From positions 1,044,269 through 1,096,721 of the forward strand of contig NC_057750.1 in assembly GCF_004010195.1 (NCBI RefSeq): a stretch of 52,453 nucleotides of DNA. Reading direction: 5' to 3'. The position numbers and the translations under genes were made by a program. Below the pieces are notes generated by a model. That model did no database searches. It was not told where the DNA came from and saw only the letters and a program-made list of their open reading frames with translations. Of the stretch, positions 35,961 to 47,993 are shown piece after piece. The DNA is from Chiloscyllium plagiosum. Taxonomy: Eukaryota. The number at the start of each line of letters is the position of its first letter. Within the stretch, counting starts at the first letter, position 1.

Positions 35961-37380
35961 AAGTTATAGATGGGTGGTTTGTGGGGGAGGGTGGTGGTGG
36001 GGGAAGGAGAGTCAATCTTGTCTCATAGCAACAGTGAGTCCCCTCAGTGAAGTGCATTGTGGATCTAACACTCAACATCATGAGGAAAGAAAATGTCGAT
36101 TTCTGTTGTTTTTAGCACATCCCTGAGAAATTTCAGTGGCTTTTTATTTCAGCAAATACACCACCAGCCAATTCGCAACAGGATCTCACCGCCCCCTTCC
36201 CCCCACACCACAGGAAGGTGAGTGACCAATGGATGTAATTCTTCAATGTTCAAACAATGCCATGGGAATTTCTTGAAGGGAACAGCCCTCTATTGAACAC
36301 CACGCCTGCCAATGGAGATTTCACAGCCCTGAGAAATTGCTGCAGTGAGCGTCTGCCCAGGGGTCCTAGGCTGAGCGGTGTCAAAGCTCCAGAAGTAAGT
36401 TCACAATTAGCCAGACAGGTCGCTGGGTGTAGAGAATGAGCCTACCAGCTGGCAATTGATTTCTTTAGAAAATTGACGTAGTGCATCAACAGATCATCCG
36501 AAAAAGGGATTTCTCTCTTCACTGCAAAGCTAATACGAATGGCGAACGCTGATGGAATTTCAATGAGGCACGCCTGGTTGTCACACAGGCAGTAGGAGAC
36601 TAAGAAACAACTCGCTCTCATTTATAACCTGGTTCAGATCCAGTAAGCTAACCAGCTTTCTGCTGCTGCAGGGAGTCCCCTGGGAACTGAGTTGCAGGGT
36701 TGGACATATGTAAGGAAAAAGAACCCTACAGTCCATCCCTTCCAGCAGAATCTAATCAATTTGCTTCACAGAGCTGGAAGCTTTGTACAGAATTCAAGTG
36801 TCTGCTCAGAAACATAAGCATTAGATGTGAAATCAAGATGTAATTCCACATTAATATTCAGTTGGAGTTCCATTATTATTTTAGTTATTTAAATTAAGCC
36901 TGGTGTCTTCCAGAATATATTAGAATCCTCACTGTGTTTTCTCAGTGATGTTCTGTTGGCATATTTTTTACGTGGCTTTTACCCTCAATATTTTCAAACT
37001 TTAATTCTAATGTCCACATTTATTTCTCCGAGATTGCCTTACTTGATCACACGCTTCCCAAGAATTATGACTCGCCAAAAAAATTTCCATAGTATCTAAA
37101 ATTTCTAACATTTGAAATAAAGGTCTCACCAAATAAAAAAGGTGTAAAAAAATACATTTCACATTGACACTAAGATATGTGTCCATTGAACCTTCCTCTC
37201 TGTCTTTGGCACCTTCTTTAAAGGCTTCACTTGAAAGCTTAAATATTTCGCAAACACCTCTGTTTGGATTTGATAAGCTCTGTGGTTCCATGTCATCAAT
37301 TTGAATGGGATGAATTGAATATCATTTTCCAAAGACAAAAATGGAAATTGCTGGAAAAGCTCAGCAAGTCTGCCAGCAGC

Positions 37381-37704
37381 AGCGTGGTGGCTCAGTGGTT
37401 AGCACTGCTACCTCACAGCACCAAGGATCCGGGTTCAATTCCAGCCTCGGGCAACTGTCCGTGTGGAGTGTGCACATTCTCCCCGTGCCTGCGTGGGTTT
37501 CCTTCGGGTGCTCCGGTATTCTCCCACAGTCCAAAGATGTTAAGGTCAGGTGAATGGGCCATGCTAAATTCCCCATAAGGGTAGGTGCATTAGTTAGGGG
37601 TCAATGTAGGGGAATGGGTCTGGGTGGGTTGCTCTTCGGAGGGTCGGTGTGGACTTGTTGGGCCGAATGGCCTGTCCCTACACTGTAGGGAATCTAATCT
37701 AATC
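37381..37704 (+). mobile_element. HE1-type V-SINE nested in a PLE tail (37335-37760, minus strand)
   Basis: Full SINE with (aatct)n tail. The PLE tail ggaaaagctcagcaagtctgccagca resumes after it as tctatgaagagaagtcagttaacg. Confidence 0.92.
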
Positions 37705-38054
37705 TATGAAGAGAAGTCAGTTAACGGTTCCGAGTCCAATGACCCTTTCCTAGAATCTGGTATGCTGGCGTAAGTGCATGGGAACAGATGCCTCAAGCCG
37801 TAAACCTGTTGAGCTCGATCCTGAGACCGGGTTTCCCAGGTAGTGTCAATAGTTCACTTGGAGTCTCTGAACAATGTTCCCTGTCAGGCCCTTCAATGTC
37901 ATGTTCACTGACTTCCTCATTCCAAGTGATTTAAAAAAGAACGGATTTCAAAAAGTGAATTGAGATCGAAAGTTATATTTAATGTTTTAATGAGGGTTTG
38001 TCAATGTTTGCGTGAGGTTGACAAAATAGCATTCTCATAATTTCATTGATCTTT

Positions 38055-38430
38055 TATAGAATCAGAAAGCATTACAGCACAGAAGGAAAGCTCACAGGCT
38101 ATTGTGTCTTCTCCAGTCATCAAACATCCATCTATTCTAATCCACTTTCCCAGCACTTGTCCTGTAACCCAGTTTGCTACATTTCAAGCTCATGTAAATA
38201 TTTTTTAAAGGTCTTGAGGGTTCCTGCTTTCAAGCAGTGAGTTCCAAATGCCCGCTTCCTCTGTGTGACATTCTCCTCAAATTTCCTCTAAACCTCTTGC
38301 CCTTTATCTGAAAACTGTGCTCCCCTAGTTACTGACCTCTCTCCTAAAGAGAAAGTTTATTTCGTTCAAGAATATCTTCGCTCATCGTAACTTTGTACAC
38401 CTCATTCAGGGCTCTCTTCAACCTTCTCAG
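38055..38430 (-). mobile_element. Degenerate CR1 3' fragment
   Basis: Same family motifs as 12015-12730 (ctattctaatcc, gcagtgagttcc, cctctaaacctc). Confidence 0.65.
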
Positions 38431-38527
38431 TTTTTTTTGTTTTTTTTTGTGTTCTATAAATTTGAAAAAATTAAGTGAACTGACAAGAGGCTGGAGAAAG
38501 TGCAGAGGAAGCACTTTCTCTACACAC

Positions 38528-40312
38528 GTTGTGTGTGGACCCTGTGGAGATCAGAGAGGTGCTAAACAAATATTTCCCATCTGTTTTCCCTCAGAAAAAA
38601 GGAAAATATTGTAGAGGAGAAGACTGAGATGCTGGCTATTAGACTAGAAAGGATTGAGGCTAGTAAGGAGGAGGTGTTATCAATTCTAGAAGGAGTGAAA
38701 GTAGATAAGTCCCCTGTTCCCAATGGGATTTTTCCAAGAATTCTTTGGGAAGCTAGGGAGGAGAAGTTGGATTCTTTGGCTTTGATCTTTGAGTCATCAT
38801 TGTCTACAGGTTTAGTACCAGAGGGCTGGAGGATTGTAAATGTTGTGCCCTTGTTCAAGAAGGGCAGTAGATATGACCCAGGTAATTATAGACCAGTGAG
38901 CTTTACATCTGTTGTAGAAAATGTTTTGGAAACGATTATAAGAGATAGGATTTATAATCATCTAGCAGCAACAATTTGATTTCAGATTGTCAACATGGTT
39001 TCGTCAAGAGCAGGTCATGTCTCACAAACCTCATTGAGTTTTTTGAGAAGGTGACCAAGCATGTAGATGAGGGTAGGGCAGATGATGTGATATACATGGA
39101 CTTCAGTAAAGCATTTGATAAGGTTCCACGTGGTAGGCTGTTGGAGAAAATGCAGAGGCATGGAATTGAGGGTGATTTAACAGTTTGAATTAGAAACGGG
39201 CTTTCTGAAAGAAGGCAGCGAGTGGTGGTTGATGGAAAATATTCATCCTGGAGTTCGGTTACTAGTGGTGTGTCACAAGGATCTGTTTTGGGATCATGGC
39301 TGCTTTTCATTTTTATAAATGACTTAGATACAGGCATAGGTGGATGGGTTAGTAAATTTGCAGATGACACTAAAGTTGGTGGAGTAGTGGACAGTGAGGA
39401 AGAATGTTACAGGTTGCAGGGGGACTTGGATAAACTGCAGAATTGGGCTGAGAGGTGGCAAATGGAGTTCAATACAACTAAATGTGAGGTGATGCACTTT
39501 GGGAAGAATAACAGGAAGGCAGAGTACTGGGTCAATGGAACGATTCTTGGCAGTATGGATGTGCAGAGGGATCTTGGAGTCCATGTACATAGATCCCTGA
39601 AAGTTGCCACCCAGGTGGATAGTGCTGATAAGAAGGCATACGGTCTGTGAGATTTTATTGGAAGAGGGATTGAGTTGCGGAGCCATGATGTCTTGTTGCA
39701 ACTATACAAAAAGCTAGTGCAGCCGCACTTGGAATATTGTGTACAGTTCTGGTCACCCCATTACAGGAAAGATGAGGAAGCATTGGAAAAGGTGCAGAGG
39801 AGATTTACCAGGATATTGCCTGGTCTGGAGGGAAGGTCTTATGAGGAAAGGCTGAGGGACTTGGTTCTGTTCTTATTGGAGAGAAGAAGGCTAAGGGGGG
39901 ATTTGACAGAGACATAAAAGATGATCAGAGGATTAGATAGGGGAGACAGTGAGAATCACTTTCCTCGGATGATGATGTCAGTATGTACGAGGGGGCACAG
40001 CTGCAAATTGAGGAGTGATAGATTTAAGACAGATGTCAGAGGCAGGTTCTTCACTCAGAGAGTGGTAAGGGTGTGGAATGCCCAGCCTGCCAATATAGTC
40101 AACTCAGTCACATTACGGGCATTTAAATAGTCCTTGGATAAGCATGTGGATGATGATGGGATAGTGTGGGGGATGGCCTTTGATTAGTTCAGAGGTCGGT
40201 GCAACATCGAGTGCCGAAGGGCCTGTTCTGCGCTGTATTGTTCTATGTTCTAAGCCATGTTCTATGTTCTATGTTGTATGTTCTAAGCCATGTTCTATGT
40301 TCTAAGCCATGT
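38528..40312 (+). mobile_element. 5'-truncated CR1/HER1 LINE, ~1.8 kb
   Basis: DKSPVPNGIFPRILWEA, PGNYRPVSFTS, QHGFVKSRSCLTNL, YMDFSKAFDKVP, SKFADDTK and HLEYCVQFWSP; (ttctatg)n tail. Confidence 0.97.
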
Positions 40313-40787
40313 TGATTATTTTCATTTAGAAGTTTAAAAGGAGGCGAACTTCTTAAGTGATAAAGATAGTGAGATCGGGTAAAAGAGGGGGAAGAAAGAT
40401 TGAGAGAATACAGGACTGAAAGGGAGGGAATGAGTTAATAGTACTTCACTCATGATCATTTGTTTGTGTATATTCTGTCAATTCCTATGTTTATACTTAC
40501 AATCGAATCGGTGTATGTAAACTTACCAAATTGCAATTACACTCCCAACCAGTGGAGGTGCTGCAGCCAGAAGGACCGATATGTGCATTCATTTCTTTCT
40601 TGTTTTCTCTTTCTCTTTTCCATTTAACTTTAATGCTTCTGCTTTTCAAAATCTGATTTTATAGTCTACTCCTGGGCTTGTTGATGTTATCTTCGTCCTT
40701 CAGCAGTGCGTGAGAGAAAGTGCTTCTATGTCACTTGACACATTAAAAAAGAACTAGATCAATAACTGTTGAGAATGAATGGACAAA

Positions 40788-41020
40788 CTCGCATTTATGT
40801 AGCGACATTTACAACCTCTGGATGTCTCAAAGCACTTTGGAGCTAATAAAGTCCTTTTGAAATGCAGTCATCCTGCAGCCAATGGGGGAGAACAAGCCTT
40901 GTCTTTTTCAAATAGTGACATCGATTGTTATAATCTACCCGAGAGGTCAGGAGGCCCCTCAGTTTAACTTCCCGTCTCAAAGACTTTGATAATCCAGTCC
41001 TTGCACCGTCCTGGACTGGC
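40788..41020 (-). mobile_element. Deu-domain SINE fragment
   Basis: gcatttatgtagcg..caaagcacttt tail and cctcagtttaac..aaagac motif. Confidence 0.55.
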
Positions 41021-41082
41021 AGTTTGGAGAAGGAGGGTTTGTCAAAAGGAGTCAATGGTCACTGTGAAGTGAAGTTGCACTG

Positions 41083-41147
41083 TGGTGGATAAGGTCAGAA
41101 ATCGCACAACACCAGGTTACAGTGTCATGTGACATCTGACTTTGTCA
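41083..41147. mobile_element. Collapsed relic of the 20146-type fold-back element (ribozyme deleted)
   Basis: gtcagaaatcgcacaacaccaggtta...tgtcatgtgacatctgactttgtc retains both arm termini. Confidence 0.55.
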
Positions 41148-41314
41148 AGTGGAGGAGTGGAGGTCTAGTGTGTCTCTTTGAAAATAGATTCCTGAATAAA
41201 TTCATTCCCCACTTCCAGTTCTGCAGTGGAGTTTAAACCATTCCCAAATAAAACCTTGCATTCCTTCAATCAATGAACTTGTACAATTCAGTCTCCTTCA
41301 GGTCATAGCTTTGA

Positions 41315-41560
41315 CACATGGGTTAGCTCAGTTGGCTGCCCAGTTATTTGGCAATCTAGAGTAATGTTAACAGTGTGGGTTCAATTCCTGCATCTCACTG
41401 AGGTTATTGTGAAGACCCCAAGTTCTCAACCTCTCCCTTTTACCTGAGGCATGGTGACCCTCAGGAAAAACTCGCTGCCAGGTGTCTGTCTGTCTACCTG
41501 TCTGTCTCTCTCTAATGAGAGACATGCCATTGTCCTCTGGGACTGTGGTGACTTTACTGT
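41315..41560 (+). mobile_element. tRNA-derived SINE (non-HE1)
   Basis: A box tagctcagttgg and B box ggttcaattcc; body shared with 7245-7425. Confidence 0.7.
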
Positions 41561-41799
41561 CTGATGGGTAGTTAGGAATTTTAATTTAATGCTGAATAAA
41601 ATAGGGTTCCCACTGCCTGGAAAGTCAACATTGAGGACGTTTCCACTGGCTCAGATCAAAGAGGCGCTCACAGTTTCAGGAAAGCGGGTTGGCCGTTTCA
41701 GGCTGAGGTGAAAAGGAACATCTTCACTCAGACGGTTGTGAACTTCTGAAAAGAAATGCTTGTGTCCTTTCCACAACCATTGGGCCTGATTTCAAGGGA

Positions 41800-42030
41800 G
41801 TACTTTAGAAGTGTAGTCATTGTTGTTATGCAACAGCACGTTGTACACAGCAAGCTCCCACAAATAACAACAAGACCATTGTTCTTCGGATGTATACCAA
41901 AGGAGAAATATTGGCCAGGTCATCAACGTTAACTCCACCGCTCAGTCTGGAAATATCACCCAGAAATTCTTTATGCCACCTAAACCAACAACCCCACATG
42001 AGCATCTCATCATGTAAATCGCACATGTGA
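41800..42030 (-). mobile_element. Deu-domain SINE fragment
   Basis: gtacacagcaagctccccacaaa..aaatattggccagg..cttttatgccacct-like motifs. Confidence 0.6.
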
Positions 42031-42397
42031 CGGTATTGCACGCACGTTGTCTCCTTTGGCTTGATGGTGGTTCTCCAGCTCTGGAGAGGAATCTGAAATT
42101 CCTTCCTGAGGTAGGGCTGGGGAGTGGTGGGGATTTCAGGAGGTCGCAATTTGGGAGAAGGGGAGATGGTGTGGATGTGGAATCCACAGAACTGCAGTTG
42201 GCTCAATCTCTACCCCAGAGACCTGTCAATGCTCAGTTATTGCATAGATCTGAGGGTGAAAAGGACTAGAGTCATAGAGTTTTTACAACAGGAAAAAAAG
42301 GCCCTTCAGTCCATCGTTCAAGTAAGTCAGGTCAAAGGTCAACCATGAATTTATTGTAAGGCTGAGCAGGGTGACAGAACCAAATGTTCCAATCCAT

Positions 42398-43673
42398 GTC
42401 AAAGAGTGGGGTGCTGGAAAAGCACAGCAGGTCAGGCAGCATCCAAGGAGCAGGAGAATCAACGTTTCGGGTACAAGCCCTTCATCAGGAATGAGGCTTG
42501 TGGGCTGGGGGGCTGAGAGATAAATGGGATGGGGGTGGGACTAGGGAGAAGGTAACTGGGAATACGATAGGTGGATGAAGGTGGAGGTGATGATGATAGG
42601 TCGGAGAGGAGGGTGGAGTGGATAGATGGGAAGGAAGATGGACAGGTAGGACCGTTCAAGAGAGCGGTGCCGAGTTGAAGGGTTGGATCTCGGATGAGGT
42701 GGGAAGCAGGGAAAGGAGGAAACTGGTGAAATCCACATTGATCCCATGTGGTTGGAGGATCCCATGGCAGAAGATGAGGCATTCCTTCTCCAGGCATTGG
42801 GTGGTTAGGGTTTGGCGGTGGAGGAGGCCCAGGGCCTGCATGTCCTTGGCAGAGTGGGACAGGAGTTAAAGTGTTCGGCTACAGGATGGTGGGGTTGTTT
42901 AGTGCATGTGTCCCAGAATTGTTCTCTGAAACGTTCCGCAAGTTGGCGTCCTGTCTCTCCAGTGTAGAAGAGACCACATTAGGAGCAATGGACACAGTAG
43001 ATGACGTATGTGAAAGTACAGGTAAATCTCTGTCAGATGTGGGAGGACCTTTTGGGTTCTTGGACGGAGGTGAAGGGGGAGGCATGGACACAGGTCTTAC
43101 ACCTCTTACGGTGGCAGGGGAAGGTGCCGGGAGGAGAGGGTGGGTTGGTGAAGGGCGTGGACCTAACAAGAGAGTAACAGGGAATGGTCTCTCTGGACCA
43201 CTGATACGGATGGGGAGGGAAATATATCCCTGGTGGTGGGGTCTGTTTGTAGGCAGCAGAAATGGCGGAGGATGATGCGATGTATCCAGAGGTTGGTGGG
43301 GTTTCCTTATTTCCCCTCCCCCCATCTTATCCCTGATCCAACCTTCCAACTCGGCACCACTCTCTTGAACTGTCCTACCTGTCCATCTTACTTCCCATCT
43401 ATCCGCTCCACCATCCTTTCTGCCTTATCACCTTCCCCCCCCACCCCCCACCTTCATCTACCTATCGCATCCCCAGCTACCTTCCCTCCCAGCCCCACCC
43501 CTGTCCCATTTATCTCTCAGCCCCCGTGGGCCACAAGTCTCATTCTTGATGAAGGGCTTCTGGCTGAAACGTCAATTCTCCTGCTCCTCAGATGCTGCCT
43601 GACCTGCTGTGCTTTTCCAGCAACACACTCTTCGACTCTGATCTCCAGCATCTGCAGTCCTCACTTTCCCCTT
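42398..43673 (-). mobile_element. Penelope-like element 3' portion with GIY-YIG remnant and inverted duplicated tail; 13-bp TSD
   Basis: Minus strand reads QRFTCTFTYVIYCVHCS*CGLFYTGETGRQLAERFREQ and LEKECLIFCHGILQPHGINVDFTSF. 43300-43673 is an inverted copy of the 3' region. Flanked by tgttccaatccat (42385-42397) and tgttctaatccat (43674-43686). Confidence 0.92.
42458..42491 (-). ncRNA. Minimal hammerhead motif in the PLE tail
   Basis: CUGAUGA-a-gggc-uugu-accc-GAAA-cg-UU. A mutated partner on + at 43546-43573 reads UUGAUGA...GAAA-cg-UC. Confidence 0.72.
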
Positions 43674-44352
43674 TGTTCTAATCCATACACATTTATCAAA
43701 CCAAAGGCACCAACACTGGGTTCAGAGTCACTGGGACTATGGGGGTGTGTGGGGATGGGTTGTAAGGAGGATTCTAGCCTCGTCTTCGTTACTGAAAGAA
43801 CATCCTGAGGTTACAGGGTAGTGGTGATCACTGCTGAACACGGGCAGTATCCAAACCAAAGCTTCTCAGAGAAGGTGGGACAATTTCAGTAAGAGTGCTG
43901 GTAATTATTTCCATCGCATTTCTGTGAGAGGAATGATTCAGCTTTGAAATTCACGCCAAATTAGATTTCAATACACAGTACAATAAAAGGTTTCACAACT
44001 TATTTGGGACTGCAGAGGGGTCACAGCTAATTATTTTTTGTTTTCCAAAGCGCCAGTTAATTCAAAGAATGCATTTTGACTGGTTTTGTGAAGCTCCCAC
44101 TCTCATGTTAATGAGGTCACTTTCATGTGTATATTGGAGAGGATTAAACATAAAAAGTAAAATTACCAAAGCTGATTATGTAATATAAAAATCGAACACG
44201 AGCATCCTCTAATTATGCACTATTCACAGGAGAATTCAAGTTTGACAAATTCCATTACTCAAATGCCTAGGGTCAAAATTATTGATAACAATGTTGCTTT
44301 GAGTAGATAAAGACTTGAGTTAAAATGTGCCCCATGAGTGTTTAATAAAATC

Positions 44353-44440
44353 ATAGATTCCCTATAGTGTGGAAGCAGGCCATTCAGCCCATCAAGTCCA
44401 CGCCAACCCCCTGAAGAGAATCCTGTCCAGACCCATCCTC
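44353..44440 (-). mobile_element. HE1 SINE 3' tail fragment
   Basis: ccctatagtgtggaagcaggccattcagcccatcaagtccac. Confidence 0.75.
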
Positions 44441-44559
44441 TGGTGTGGGTACATTACTGAGATGTTGTGCCTAATTATATCTGGTTGAAATGAGTGTAAA
44501 GACTTTCAGGAGGTTGCTGTCCTGTCGAAAGTGATGAGGGTGCCAGATCAGCTCTTAAA

Positions 44560-45010
44560 AGTCAGATCTCCTCTCCTCCTTCTCAGCTCTAGAGAATGGA
44601 GATCCAAACTGCTCCACCTCCCTTCATATGACAAAACCCTATCTCTGCAATCAATCTTGTGAATCTCCTCAGGTCTGCCTCTGATGCAACTAAATCCCTC
44701 CTCAAATACTAGAACCAAAAATGTATCCAGTACTCCAGGTGTGGTCTCTCTAATGCCTTGTACAATTGTAGCAACACTACCCTACTTTTATAAACTATAC
44801 CTTTGGCAATAAACACCAAAATTCCATTTTCCTTCCCTGTTACCTGCTTGCACTGCAGACTGGTTTTCTATGTTTCGTGCACAAGGACACCCAGATCTCT
44901 CTGTGCTAATCCACACTGACATTTCTCTCCATTTAGATAACAAGCTGACTTTCTATTCTTCCACTCAAAGTGGATGACCACATGCTTTTCCACACTAAAG
45001 TTCACCTGCC
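44560..45010 (-). mobile_element. Degenerate CR1 fragment
   Basis: accaaaaatgtatccagtactccaggtgtgg (reverse of PHLEYWIHFW) and cacaaggacacccagatc. Confidence 0.75.
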
Positions 45011-45844
45011 GTGGAGAAACCATCTCTCAACCAAAGGTTGAAAGGAGTCATCTGAGAGAGTTCCACCTGCTCTGGGAGTGTTCCTGAAAAGGGGATCAGA
45101 TTATAATCCAACACAACAGAGAGTTCGGTGATGACTGAGTTTGGGACAGTGAACAGCAATTAAAATTTTCATTTCATTCTTCTTAAACATTACTTATTTC
45201 AAAATATAGGCACAGCATACATTCCCTATTTGTTCTTCAGGATGGGGCTAGCACAGTCTGTACAAGGCAATAATTCCCAAAACCTGGAGTCAATGCTGAG
45301 AATGGGGTTTCCATGGCAATCATTGTGCATGGATCCTCAGAACAGAAGAGTAACCATGCTGCCTACAGGGAATGTAGGACATATCCCATTTGTCTTGTTT
45401 ATTAATAATGTCCAGAATTGGCCAGAGATAACAATGGGGTCACAGATCTTGCTAAATCTGCATAAGCAGCCACCGTTTTCACACTCTGAAACATGATGAA
45501 ACAATTGGTCAACTACTCTACTCCAAAATGTGTCCACCCAATGGTTATTTTTGTAAATGGCCTCAATGAAAATGATTGAGAAAGTCATTCAGGAAATGCT
45601 GAATATTACCGAAAATGTGAGACTCGGAGATGCAATGGATTGGAGAAGCTGTGTTGTCCCAAAATGTGAAGAAGGATTCTGCAGCCAATGACTCAGTCTT
45701 GCATTTATTTGCAGAAAGAAACATTAAACATCCACACATCTGAACTCAACCACACCATCAGTAACCTTTGAAGTATCCTTAAACTCCCGAGAATCCTATT
45801 TGAAGTGTTTCTTTGAGCATGTTGAAGTGAAACCTCAATTAATA

Positions 45845-45984
45845 GCCACAAAACAGAAATTGCTGGAAAAGCTCAGCAGGTCTGGCAGTATTTGTGGAGA
45901 GAAATCAGAGTTAATGTTTCAGATCTAGTGATTCCTCCTCAGATCGTCATTTACAGCATCTGCAGTTCTTTCAGATTTTATTCC
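45845..45984. mobile_element. Mini PLE tail pair with degenerate hammerhead and 9-bp TSD
   Basis: Minus strand reads CUGAGGA-ggaauc-acua-gaucu-GAAA-ca-UU. caattaata occurs at 45836-45844 and 45985-45993. Confidence 0.7.
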
Positions 45985-46469
45985 CAATTAATAATCTGCA
46001 TTTTCAGATAATTAAACAGAATTGATAATCACATTACTCATTTTCTTCCAATTTAAAGAATAGTTAGATTTATTGTGCAGAACAAAACTTTGAAAAACAT
46101 TTTTAAAAGTTCTCAGACTTTGTACCAGGTATTGTATTGTGAGATACTCTTCCTACAGAACCTCACAGCTAGTTATTTGTACCAACATCTCCTTACAATG
46201 CAGAAAGTTGGTGATTCTCATTCATCCATTTAATTTCAGCAATTTATTTTTTCTACCGTTTTTGTTTGAAACTAATAAGATCAATCCATGAAAATAAAAT
46301 GTTGTGGAAGCTGGAAATCTGAAATAGAACCAGCAAGTTCTGGAGAAACTCAGGAGGCCTGGCAGCAGGCTGGAGTGACTCCTTCTTCAGAGCTCAGCTC
46401 GGAGTTATGAAGACAAGTCATACTGAACTCTTCAAGGTCAGGCCCTCTGTTAATGATCGGAGTTTTGAT

Positions 46470-47125
46470 GTGCAGGAGACTATCTCGAAGTTTGCAATTT
46501 ACACTAAAAATTATAAACTGTGGGGAAAGCAATATCCAACTGCAAAAGGACACATAAGTTGGTGGAGTGGGTGGATAGATGGCAAATGAGGTTTAATGCA
46601 GGGAAGTGTGAGGTGGTGCACTTTGGTTGGGAGAATATTGAAAAGACAATATAAATTGGGGGTAAAATTCTAAAGGGGGTGCTGGAACAGAGACAGCTGA
46701 GGTCTATGTGCACAGATCATTGAAGGTGGCAGGACAAGTGGAGAGAGTAGTTAATAAAGCACATAGTGTCCTCAGTTTTATTACTGGGGCATAGAGTACA
46801 AGAGCAGGGAGGTGATGTTGAACTTGTACAGTACACTTGTAAGAGTGTACTGGCAAGTACTTTACACAGAGCGTGTTTCCAGCAGAGGTAGGAGAGGCAG
46901 GCACGGTAGATTCATTTAAGATGCGTCTGGACAGATGCATGAGTAGGTGGGGAGCAGAGGGATACAGATGCTTAGGAATTGGGCAACAGGTTTTGACAGT
47001 GGATTTGGATCAGCTCAGGCTTGGAGAGCTGAAGGGCCTGTTCCTGGGCTGTAAATTATCTTTGTTTTTTGTCCACTGGAGTATTGCGTACAATTATGAG
47101 CACCACATGATAGGGAAGATGGGGC
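46470..47125 (+). mobile_element. CR1 fragment interrupted by a different CR1 3' end (~46860-47070)
   Basis: The older element breaks at ...acacttgtaaga (~46843) and resumes at ccactggagtattgcgtacaa (~47073). The insert ends in gggcctgttcctgggctgta plus a T-rich tail. Confidence 0.75.
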
Positions 47126-47283
47126 CACCCTGTGGGAAATATTTGGGAAGTGTTGGTCTGATGTCTGTGTTTCCCTGAAATTCTGCCTAATCCCTTCCTG
47201 AACGGTGTCATGCAGACCTTGTTGTGTACTCTGACTACTGACCGTGACACCAATGCCCAGGTATACAGTGGAAGAAAAGCCTG

Positions 47284-47510
47284 TGAAATAATTGCATAGA
47301 CGCTGGCATCCCACCTCCCAGTCACCCTTTACTTACACATGCACAGTACATGGGCTCTGATCAGCTAGCTTGGAGCTAGTCCCTAGTCTGAGGGGACTCT
47401 CTGAATCTCCTGTTTCTATCTGTCAGCCAGGACTCCCTGATTAGTCCAGATCAACAGCCCCTGTCAAGGATCTCATAGTCAATGAGATCCACCTGGTTCC
47501 AATGACTACA
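47284..47510 (-). mobile_element. Solo LTR (~227 bp)
   Basis: Minus-strand termini TGTAG...TTTCA; homologous to 49539-49764 and 48641-48725. Confidence 0.7.
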
Positions 47511-47945
47511 TTCTGGGAGAGAAATCAAACTGTGGACACTGCTGAATTTCGAGGCATCTAAACAATTTTACTGTTTCCCCTGAATTCCCTTCACCTATTG
47601 TACAGGCTGGATCTGTCCTGTGCTCAAGTATGGACTGAGACAACATGTTGAAGTGACTACCTTCTGACCTTGATTTCATTATCAAATCAAACCAGTCCTG
47701 AGGGGCAAAGCTGCAGATGTAGCTGGCATCTGTGCTTCCTCATTACAGCTTATCCATTAGGGCACAGCACGGGCTGGATGCTTCCTGCCTGTTCAACAAT
47801 TTCACAATAAAGGGGAAAAGGCTGTGTCTGTTTTTCATGTTGGCATTGAGATTATTTTCCTCTCTATCGGAATCCTTGGAACAAACTGGCAATTTTTTTA
47901 TTTAATAAAAAGTCATTGCAACAACGATTTTGTTTGTTTTCAAAG

Positions 47946-47993
47946 CTGAAGATCTTGCTGCAAATGAGCAATTAGTTCTTGGCTACGCTTTCG
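47946..47993 (+). other. Candidate 48-nt phase 1-1 exon (xEDLAANEQLVLGYAFx), gene unknown
   Basis: Acceptor ttttgtttgttttcaaag and donor tcg|gtaagt. Length is a multiple of 3, only one frame is open, and the context is non-repetitive. Confidence 0.35.
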
